Positions 1-9,631 of a DNA stretch of 38,211 nucleotides are shown piece by piece. The DNA lies in assembly GCA_000934665.2 (NCBI GenBank), contig JYFJ02003740.1, positions 1 to 38,211 on the forward strand, written 5' to 3'. A program made the translations under genes and the position numbers. Each line of letters opens with the position of its first letter. Position 1 is the stretch's first letter. The notes beneath the pieces are model-generated. The model had not been told where the DNA came from, ran no database searches, and was given only the letters and a program-made list of their open reading frames with translations. Source of the DNA: Catajapyx aquilonaris. Lineage: Eukaryota.

Positions 1-429
1 TAGTGGCAATAAACTTCTGGCAAACAATTTGCTTTTCGTGATGGTATTTTATTCGCAGGTCTTCTACATCGTGTTTTGTCGTCAATTTTTACACCAAAGA
101 GAGTATACGAGTGCTTATAGCTTATTTCCAACCTCTGGGGCTTTTATTGCCATATTTCCGGCACTGCCTCGATCTACCGTATTGTACAATACAGTATCGA
201 GTTTCGCTGTCGACTCGCCAGGTGGCAGGTCAGTCGATCATTGGCGACACGGTTGCTATGCTACCAGCTGTTTTTTCCACTCTTCCTAGTATAAGCTCTT
301 TGGCTGGGGGGTCTGAATATTTGGTTGCCGTGCAATAGGTTTTGTTTACTAGAAATGGTTGGGGGTGGAGGAACCTAACTTGAGTGTCTTGACCGACTGG
401 TGCCTTTGAACAACTCGTAGGGCATCATC

Positions 430-3400
430 ATGGATTGGATCAAGCCTGTGACTTCCAACCTTGAGAAGCCGTAAGTGTGTCATCATGTTCAAACTTAATT
501 GTGAATAGAAGCCCCCAATGTTGTTAGTCTGGAATAATTCCAATATGTTGATATTATATTCAGTAAATAATCAATAATGAAAAAAAAGGTCCTTTTCCAT
601 TTCCTGAACACCACTGCACACCAGCATTTGATTGTTCAGAGTAGTTGATTGTTGGTTCTAACCTTCCCACCATTACCAATAGCTAGGATGGTAGGCAAGG
701 AAACAGCTTACTGTGCAGCTCTGGTGCAGCTTACCACCAATCAACTAAAATCAACAATGAAATATTAGCATTCAGAGAATAGAAAAGTACGGTACCTGAA
801 AAACTCTCTGAGCATGATGTAGGCAGGTTTCACTGTACCACTGTTAGGAAATTCAAAGTGCATGTCAAGCTTTGGTTTGGTTTATTAGAATAATGGAATG
901 GAAAAAAAATAGTTTGGTTTATTACAAAGTATATCTTGATGAGGTACTGTATATTCCCAACAGTATGGCAAAGTTTTAGGTGCACTCTGACACTTGCTGT
1001 ATAATTTTATTTCAATGTTCTCAGCACCTAGCTTATACTGTATTTTCACTTGGACCTATGAAATGTACCTGTAAAGCATTATCAGAATAGTTACAATCAT
1101 GTATGCATATGGTTGACTAGTCTGCTTGTATTCAACTGACAGTGAGTGTTATTGTATCATGTCACAAATCATTAACAGGTTCCTTATTAAGAATGATGCA
1201 GCAACCCTTGGGCTGCTGCAGTATGAGGAAGAACTGGAAATCCAGAACAATAAGGCCATCCGACGTGCTAGTAAGGCTGCTTACCTGGCCAACAACATGC
1301 CACAAAATGATCTCCGCTTATTCTGCGTTAATCCACACCTGGATCCTTCAGGTGTACCCTCCGAGCTCATTTGCCACACCATATGGCCAGCTCCCCCAGG
1401 ATATCCTCAAGGAGAAAGGTGATTGTGACTTAAATATTGTATTCATTAGATAAGTTTGTATCCCAAAACAAATACAACAGATACTTTTACGCCAAGGGGA
1501 AAGATGGATTCAGAACATGGTGAAGACTGTTGACACAAGCATAACTATATCCAACCAGTTTTGAGCACACTTCCTTTTCCGTACCATGTGTTCTAGAACT
1601 GAGCTCACATTCACGTCCATGGAAATGTTGCATACATCTTGTCATGTTGATCTCCTGACTGCAAGAGTGGGGACTTGTGAGGCATCTTGTTAAAAGGAAA
1701 CTTAATGGATGCTCGTAATATCAGGCTGTCTAGGTGGGAGGTAGTCATGTCGTCTGGTATAGTGTGTCATATGAGTCTCCCAAGTCAGATACTCCACACT
1801 CAGGGAAGCCAATAACTTGAAGCTTTGAAGTGAATGTATTATAAATATAATTAATTCATACCCCGTTATCAGCCGGCGGCTCTGTAGGGGGGGAGTTCAT
1901 CCCAATTTTGTTTTTGACTGGAACTCTTTTCTTTCATTTTACTTTGCTTTTTGGGATAGGATAGGGATGGAAGGAAGCGGCTGTGGCCTGTTATTTAGGA
2001 AGCAATCCCGGAATTCTCCTGGGGGGGACCGTTGGAAACCACAGAAAACCACGGTTAGGATTGCCTGCCCCAGGACTTGAACCCAGGACCTCCCTTTTAG
2101 CAGGCGAACACCTTATCCACTCTACCAAACTGCTTCGGTGAATGTATTATAAATATAAAAATTATCCTCTCATTTTGTTGCTTGTGCTCACCAACAAGTG
2201 CATTGTATGAATCCTTGATAGTGTTGGCTCCATATGAGTGACTCTCTGTCGTTGTTGGATCCAGAATGGCATTTGGTACTGCAGACTGAGGAAGCACAGG
2301 TACTGGGTTGGCTGATGGTCTTCATGATGTGGTCTGTTTGTCAATGTCATGAGATTTCAAAGAGCTCTAGTGATTTGTGGCCCTGAGTTTTAAAATGAGC
2401 ACGCAACAGTAAAAGGGGGGGAAGGCAAAGATGAGATTGACTTGGAACGCTTGGTCAGCTCAGGTGCACGCCCAAAAATAATGGAAAAACATGTCCCATT
2501 GGAACAAATATCCAATGCACCTTCCATTTAAAAATTGCTGTGGTATTAAATGGGAGAATTTTCCACACAACAAAATTAGAGGCAGGTGCATCACCTGGTT
2601 GATGCCATGGTAGAACAGTTGTCTAAATATATCAGGGGAGTACATTCTAGTCAGTGGTGCCCTGAAGGTAAAATTTTTTTAAAAAAATCCCCGTGATAGG
2701 ACAGAGACCTTTTAGGGAGAAAGGGGAGGTTTCCGAGGGAAGACGATGTAATTAGAGTCATTTCTGACTTTGTGAAATACACCAGACCTTTTCTCCTGGC
2801 CCTGGGCAGAGTAGGGAGTGCAATTCTGCCCTGGCATGTCGGGTGAAAAGCAGAAAAAGACCCGGCCAAGCAGAGGTGACGGGGACAGGATTTGAACCCC
2901 GGCCTTCCGCTTGGCTGGTCAGTAGCGTAACCACCAGACCACCATGCCTCCTTCCCTGCAAGTAATTATTGCATACATTTTTAGTTTTGCATCCTGCCTC
3001 CTTGCATGTTGTCTGCTCTTACAGCAGTTGGACCCAAATACTGTGTGTCTGGATGTGTTTCCCTTTCTGAATATTTTGCAAGAAATTGTTCTGCAACATA
3101 GATGTCATTGTAATTTGGTGCATTGGCAGATGAGACTTGTGCACTCTTTTAGAACAGTTATTCCTTTTGAAACCACTCCTGCAGGCTGTTGGCTGGTTCA
3201 CTTTCATTTGAATGGAACTAGCCTTTTTTGTTCTGCCATATTTACAGGATAGACACAAGAAGCAATGTGGACTCAAAGCCACAAATGCATCAGGAAGACC
3301 TTGTGGAGGCCACTGAAGCTGTGCCCTGTCTAAGCACCAAGTATGACCTGGATATGAGTTGTGATGAGCTGGTTGACAATTACAAAGAGGCAGTTACATA

Positions 3401-6400
3401 CCGCCGTATCTCCCAAGTTAAAGTGATCCAGAAGATCCAGCGAGACTCAGCATGGAAATCCCGGAAACACCAATCAGATGCAGATGCAAATTCAAATGCA
3501 TCTGCAGCATCGGTTCCTCACCATCAGCCAGTGAAGGCATCTGGGAAGGTCAGCAAGCCATCAGGGGTCAGTTTGATACATGTACCTTCTAGAATATCCA
3601 TGTACCTTCCTCAGGACTATCAGTGCATACAACATCATGTAAGTGACTAATAAATAATGACAGTAAACAATTAAAAAAATAATAAAACTCAATTCACGTC
3701 TCCTAAGCACCACAGGCGTGGTTGATAACAATCGTCATATTTCACATGCAGTGCCCCTGTCCTTCCCTACCACCTCAACCACCATGCAATATGCATCAGA
3801 TGACCTCATAAATTTAAATTAAAAAATTAGTGACTCAGTGGAATAAACCGTTGATATCCAATTTCCTCCATTCTACAAATATCATCCTGGGCAGGATTCC
3901 ACTTCGTGACACAAATATAGTACAGTCGGTTAAAGGAATTCCTTATCACATGAGGCACAGAAATTAGCCACCAACAGAGGTGCTAGCATGCTAGGGGAGT
4001 GCGAGTCATTGCATCAGGGGGTGGCAGCACTTCTGATGGAGACTAATTTCTCCGCCTCATCTGGCAAGGAAATCTTTTAACTGGGTGAGGTGTGGTGACC
4101 GAGATGGTAATGTCTCGGCTTGCTGAGTGAAAGGTCCCAGGTTCGATCCCCGCCTGGGAGTTCCCTTTCACCTGCGTCTCTGGCCCGCACCTTGGAGGTG
4201 TTTGGCAACCTAACCTCCTGGGGAACAGCACATGACCCATTTATTGGTCGGTATCGCACTTGCACCTGTGTTCCCTCCCCAACAATCCCCATCTACCATT
4301 GTCCTTGATTTCCCTGCACAGGAGTCTGAAGAAAAAAACAAATTCTGAGAAAATCAAATTGTGGTAATCCACCCCTCTAAAAGGGCTCAGCCCCCTCTAA
4401 TGGGGTACAATTAAAGCAAAAAACAAAAAAAAATCATTTAACCAACTGTACATGGTACATTTTACAGGAGCACAAAAAAAAAATGGTCAGGTTTCTACTC
4501 AATCCAAGGATTGTTATAATTACACATATTCTGCTATATTTGATTGTGATGTGCATTTCAGGGAGGAAAACTTGTGGTACTGCACCTTTAATTTCATGAT
4601 CCACCATCAGTTTTCTGTATATTTTTCAACTTCATTCTTCAGTGCAAGGAAACAGGGACATTGGGAAAGGATAGGAATTTTTGGGGAGGGAACACGGGTG
4701 CAAGTGCAATGTCTTCGCTTTGGGTCATGTCCTGTTCCCCAGGAGGTTAGGTTGCCAGACACCTCCAATGTGCGGGTCAGAGACCCTCCGAACAGAGGTG
4801 AAAGGGTACTCCCCAGGCGGGGATCGATCCTGGGGCCTTTCACTCACCAAGCCGAGACGTTACCATCTCGGCCATCTACACCTCCCCGCATGATCCATAA
4901 TTGCAATGGGGCCATCCCCATGGGATTCCAGCAAAAGGTTTACTGACTTTTAATGACGATGTATGTTTTGCTCATGACTGATAGAATGCATGTAAAACAT
5001 TTCAGACCAATTATTACACTGCTTAGATCAGGGGTGGGCAAACTTTGTTCTCCGTGGGCTGCAGAGATTTTTTAAAAATTGACGGGTCGCATCTAACTAA
5101 AGAAATTTCAACTTATAAAAAAGTTTGCAATGATATATATATCCATCGTTTTAAATGAACTTCCACTAATTGCATAAATTATCATTAAATTCTCTAAAAA
5201 GCGATAAAATTAGCAAAATACTAGTATATCAATGAAAATGACCTGTATAAATAAAAAACAATATTTTTGTGAATTTAAGAGAAATAAAAAGAAAGACATA
5301 GGCATAAAATTTTGCAATTTAAAATTTTCAACATTTTCAGGAATACCGAAATTTTTCCTGGCCTGCGGGCCGTAGTTTGCCCACCCCTGGCTTAGATGCA
5401 CAACTTCCATTTTAGGCACATCTCCACAATTATTTCAGGAGTTTTGCTAGTATCTGCAAAATAAACTTTGAGGAGTTATTCTCACAAGTCTCAGATGCAG
5501 TACTGTGTCAGGGCCCAGTGTGTTCTAAAATAAACTGACAAATATGTTAATGAAATACATTAAAGTTCAAGTTGGGAGGGCGAATCTAAGCAGTGTAAAG
5601 GCCTGTTTCCACCGGCATAATTTTTGAGCACAAAAAGAAACGCACAAAATCAAACAGTTTGGAATTATTACAAAGTACAAAATTGAACTTTTCACAAAAT
5701 AATTGCGCCTGGCACAAAATGCAAATACAAGATGACCAACCGTGGTGGACTTATCATAATTATTTTGCGATAGTTTTTTTTTTTTTTAAATAAATTTTAC
5801 CCCGTGATGACCTGTTGGGTCTATAGGGGGTGGTGGATTACCACCATTGGTATTTTTGGAGCGTGTTAAGATGGAATCTTATTAGTGTACTCCAAGGGTT
5901 GGTAGGAGGGGATGTGCAAAGTGCATGTGCGCTGTCATTAATTGGTCATTTTGTGAACTCCCCCGGGTGGATTAGTCTTTAGGAAATTTCCACCCGAAAT
6001 GAAGCCAGAGATGGCCCAACTCTGCACGGATAAAGGTGGGGATTGAGCCCGGGACCTTCATATCCGTGGGCGCACGCGTTACCGCGACGCCACTTCATCT
6101 CCCTTTATTTTGCGATAGTTCAAGCACAATTGGTTCATTTTCGGAAAGGGGTTCAGTTTAATTAAAATACATTCGGAACTTTGGGTGCTCCTTCTGAGAG
6201 CTCATTTTTGTTTCTGTGAAAATAACAAAAATTGTCCTTGATTGGAACAATTGTTTATTTGTGCTGCACAGAAATTGCCAGGGAAACAAAATTATGCAGG
6301 CATAATTTTTGTTCTGGACAAAAATTCTGCCAGTGGAAACAGGCCTTTACATAGTTCTTTAAGGAGGTCCCTTTAAGAATTAATCTCAGCAGATACATTA

Positions 6401-7498
6401 TCATCCATCTGGTTCCCTTCACACCACTCCATTTCTTCCTAGTCAGATGGAAAAGACAAGACCTCCAGAGTTCCTGAATTCCTGCCAACCACAGCAATTC
6501 TACCACCACGGAGCACAGCGTCTAGACACCCATTTCACATTGTCAAGCACATCTTGCCCACAGATCAAAAGACAAGTGGCAAACTTGAAGCACAGAGTAG
6601 TGGTGGGTGTCAAGTCACGGGGAAGCTCAAGAGGGAAACAACTTCCAGTCCCAAAGAGTTGTTCCACAACACCCATAATGCCCCTACAGCAACAAATCCT
6701 CAATTCCACTGTCCTCAACAAACTAGTACGTATGGTGAGGCCCTCTCATCACGGTCCTACTCCAAGCCTCTCCAACGTGCCCTCAGCCTCCAACGCACCA
6801 GCTGGAATGGGAATTCCGAACGCAAGCATGCCTGTAGACCCAGACATTATAACACACCATGCCACTCCATCATGTTCAGGAGACATGCTTCTGAAGGAAC
6901 GGCTACAGATTCAGCTGCAGTTCGTAACAAGCAACTTGTGCCCAGCACTGCCACAGACCTTCACTCCAAAACAGGCCACCATGAAGCAAAGGTTCTATAC
7001 CGACCCAGTGGAACCCCAGGTTTTGGAAAAATGGGATATGGGAGGGCTGAATGTGGGAGGGCTGAATGTGGGAGCATCCACCTGGAAAAAAAGGGGCTGC
7101 CTGCAGTGGAACATTATGGGGAAATCCAAGGCAGAGAACAGCCGGGCCAAAAGCACCAAGGACAGAGAGGGTCAACTACCAAAACCCAACAAGCTGCTGG
7201 TGATAAAGAAGACAGACTTCCACGACAGTACCTAGGGAGCACAAGTCCAGAAAACCTGACCACTGCCAAACTAATCAGCTGTCAAGACAAAAAAGGTCAG
7301 TTCCTTCCCAAACAGTCCCACTCGACACCCACAATATGTGATCAAAGGCACGTGTTGGTGCATGTTGTACGCATTGCAAGACTTCCTTTCTTTATTGAGA
7401 GGACAGTCTCAGATGCAGATTTATCATGTGGGGAGGAGGATGAAGCCATCATTATGATGCCTAAAGGGTTCAGGCCTTCAGACAGTTCCATAGATTGA
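430..7498 (+). CDS. Uncharacterised spliced protein-coding gene (predicted 588 aa; alternative 499-aa form)
   Basis: Phase-consistent GT-AG exon chain: 430-470 (ATG with in-frame TAG upstream at 418-420; donor CC|GTAAGT), 1179-1418, 1481-1519, 3248-3638 (donor CAT|GTAAGT), then 6443-7498 (TAG acceptor) or 6447-7235 (CAG acceptor). Reads MDWIKPVTSNLEKPFLIKNDAATLGLLQYEEELEIQNNK...GERYFYAKGKDGFRTWIDTRSNV... No family recognised. Confidence 0.55.
1851..2139 (-). mobile_element. tRNA-derived SINE (head type A)
   Basis: Minus strand starts ACCGAAGCAGTTTGGTAGAGTGG (A box) with GGTTCAAGTCC (B box). Head and core are nearly the same as the 8454 copy. Ends ...TAACGGGGTA plus an AT-rich tail. Flanked by direct repeat GAATGTATTATAAATATAA (1832-1850, 2140-2158). 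Confidence 0.85.
2672..2956 (-). mobile_element. tRNA-derived SINE (head type C)
   Basis: Minus strand has TGGTGGTCTGGTGG (A box) and GGTTCAAATCC (B box); 3' end ...CCCTAAAAGG...TCACGGGGA plus a T/A tail. Only a degenerate flanking repeat is visible, so boundaries are approximate. Confidence 0.7.
4082..4430 (+). mobile_element. tRNA-derived SINE (head type B), full length
   Basis: TGGTGACCGAGATGG (A box) and GGTTCGATCCC (B box); ends CCCCCTCTAATGGGGTA plus an A-rich tail. TSD AAATC(T/A)TTTAAC at 4070-4081 and 4431-4442 (11/12 match). Confidence 0.85.
4604..4888 (-). mobile_element. Second head-type-B SINE, inverted, lacking the 3' terminus
   Basis: Reverse complement aligns with ~4083-4330; the ORF-track peptides from the two copies are visibly homologous. 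9-bp flanking repeat CATGATCCA at 4595-4603 and 4889-4897. Confidence 0.8.
5029..5389. mobile_element. hAT (Charlie-like) MITE
   Basis: Perfect 16-bp TIR CAGGGGTGGGCAAACT; perfect 8-bp TSD GCTTAGAT (5021-5028, 5390-5397). Confidence 0.9.
5598..6347. mobile_element. MITE with AAGGCCTGTTTCCAC termini, interrupted by a SINE
   Basis: ~30-bp inverted repeats AAGGCCTGTTTCCAC(C/T)GGCA(T/G)AATTTTTG with 2 mismatches, flanked by TA on both sides. Superfamily uncertain: Harbinger-like TIR, but the 3-bp flanks differ (TAA/TTA). Confidence 0.75.
5776..6104 (-). mobile_element. tRNA-derived SINE (head type D) nested in the MITE
   Basis: Homologous to 35966-36128; ends GGTGGTAATCCACC...TCACGGGGTA plus poly(A). 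Perfect 16-bp TSD TTATTTTGCGATAGTT (5760-5775, 6105-6120). Confidence 0.9.
7039..7074 (+). repeat. 15-bp tandem repeat inside a coding exon
   Basis: TGGGAGGGCTGAATG x2.4; the unit length preserves both overlapping frames (GRAEC repeat and GGLNV repeat). Confidence 0.85.
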
Positions 7499-7763
7499 TT
7501 ATTCCAGATGCTCTGTCGTCATTTGAACTTGATGTATCCAATAAGGAAAAATTCAGGTTTACAAACACTTGGCTTATTTAGCTGTTTTCCAGTAAACTTG
7601 CATCATTCAAAATAACTGCCTGCCTTCCTCTCACGGGCACAAAAAAAAAGGCAATGGGGGACATTTGTTTAGCCCTAATCCATTCCTTGTGTGCCAAAAT
7701 CATAGCAATATGTTGGCCTTTGGGTCACTTTGTCTAGGTCAGTAGATGGTTGGACATCTAATG

Positions 7764-7994
7764 CAGGGGGTTCCCAACCTTTTTCGAGTCGTGACCCCTT
7801 TTCATGATAGTCAAGCAACCTGCGACCCCCTCCCCGAGTGTTAGTAGATGTTGAAAAAAACCGGCGTGATGAAATTTCCTATAAAATTGATGTTATTTAT
7901 TTTTTACATTTTAGTTACTTTTTAATTTATAAAAATAACAGTGGCCTCTCATGGCCCCCCTGGGGGGTCGTGATCCCCAGGTTGGGAACCCCTG
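7764..7994. mobile_element. hAT (Charlie-like) MITE
   Basis: TIR CAGGGG(G)TTCCCAACCT; perfect 8-bp TSD ATCTAATG (7756-7763, 7995-8002). Confidence 0.9.
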
Positions 7995-8128
7995 ATCTAA
8001 TGGGATCATTAGTGAGGCCCATGGATGCCAAAATTTCAGGTCAGAGAATCCACTTAAGAGTCCCTTTATTGAAGGAGGCGAGACAATGATGTCCACAAAT
8101 TCTATGCTTGTCCCACCTCTCCCTATTG

Positions 8129-9022
8129 CAGTGTGTCCCAAACTTGGGGTTGCAAACATGATGTTTGGGGTTGCAAGGGAGGGTAACAAATTATTTTTTT
8201 ACAAAATGATTCTCTCTCCCCCCCCCCNCCCTCTCTCTCGAAAGCTATGCCCATAAATTAGATGTATTCTTTATTCTCAGCGTGGCCCATTAATAAATGT
8301 AACCAGCCGTAAGTCATGTTCTCGGATCGCACAATTGCTCTCCTTTACAAAGCCTGACATTGATTGTTTGTGTGGTGATACTCAGGGGCACGTCTCTCAA
8401 CACTGAGGTAAGTTACAGAACAATTCAGATACTAAGACTAATATTATCAATGAACCGAAGCAGGTTGGTGGAGTGGATAAGGTGTCCGACTCCTAATCGG
8501 AAGGTCCTGGGTTCGAGCCCCGTGGCCGGCGATCCTAACCGTGGTTTTCTGTGGTTTCCCATGGTCCTCCCAGGAAAATTCTGGGGCCGCTTCCTTCCTT
8601 TCCTATCCTTGTCCCATCCATGAGGAGGTGCGGTGTCAGTGGAGAGTTTCTGTCCCGCATCCAGGTGTCATCTTGCGAACGGGCCCCCTGAGGGACTGTA
8701 CACGATCCCCACCATGAGACATTACACTTGCACCAATGTCCCCCCCTCATTATCCCTATCCTGTCCCCTGCACTAGATGGTGGTATTCCAACCCCCCAAG
8801 AGGGCCTAGGGCCCTAGCACGGGGTACAACAACAACAACAACAATAATCACAATAGTAATATTATCAATGACTGTCATTGACCACCACCATGCACACACA
8901 TCCTTTCATGTTGGTGGATTAAACTGGCGAAGTGATGGAAGAGAAGTACGCTAGTGCTGACATGGGGTGGGCGGGTTTTAATTGGAAAGTCGGGGTCGCC
9001 AGAAAAAGATTGGGAAGCACTG
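8129..9022. mobile_element. Older hAT (Charlie-like) non-autonomous element carrying a SINE
   Basis: TIRs CAGTGTGTCCCAAACT and CAGTGCTTCCCAATCT; degenerate 8-bp TSD CCCTATTG/CTCTATAG (6/8 match). Confidence 0.65.
8454..8856 (+). mobile_element. tRNA(Arg-like)-derived SINE (head type A), full length
   Basis: A box TGGTGGAGTGG, anticodon-like arm TCCGA-CTCCTAA-TCGGA, B box GGTTCGAGCCC. Ends CACGGGGTA plus (CAA)n. Perfect 15-bp TSD TAATATTATCAATGA (8439-8453, 8857-8871). Confidence 0.9.
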
Positions 9023-9597
9023 CTCTATAGCGCAATGGGCCTCTACAGTTTGATTTTCTGATCTGAGACTTTGGTTCTTCAAACCATCCATGGTTCACAG
9101 TAACAACCCCATACAGGTTGGTCCAAGTTCTTCAGCTTTTGAAACCAATACCCAAAACAATCATAATAATGAAAATAATTTCCGCATGTGCTGGGTATTG
9201 GTTTCAATTGAAGTAGGTAATTATCTTGCATGAGAAAAGTTCATTATTTAATTAGTCACTGCACCATAAGTGCAGAAGCCTCACTACTGAATTGTCATCC
9301 TCAGCAGGGCGAAGACCTGCCCCAGTCCCTCCCTTACCAATCCGTCTTCCTAATATGGGTTTAGCATTGGAGATGCCACACAAGTCAGCAAAAGATTCAC
9401 TAGGCAGCTTGAGCAAACTGATTACAAATTGGTTCTCTTTTGCAGAATCCAAGAACAATCCAGCAAACATCGTAAAAAGACTGAAGTTCCTAAAGAAATT
9501 AACAAAACTCCAGGACAAGCATGGATTGAAAACTCAATACCATCAATAAATTTGTGTGTTAATTAAAAGTGCTCAGTTCACTCATCCAAACTTCCAC

Positions 9598-9603
9598 TTT
9601 ATT
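9598..9603 (-). terminator. Poly(A) signal of RpL32
   Basis: AATAAA on the minus strand, 28 nt after the RpL32 stop codon. Confidence 0.7.
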
Positions 9604-9631
9604 TGTGATGGTGATACTTCCAAGTTTGTTT

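Noticed and set aside
4043..4946. Pairs of similar short ORFs on opposite strands
   Set aside because: Translations of the two inverted SINE copies.
8460..8532. tRNA-Arg(CCT)-like cloverleaf
   Set aside because: The D-stem does not pair and the acceptor stem is mismatched. It continues into a SINE body with a tail and TSD, so it is a SINE head and not a tRNA gene.
9252..9549. Overlapping 85-88 aa ORFs downstream of RpL32
   Set aside because: Non-ATG starts, no recognisable homology and no convincing splice linkage.
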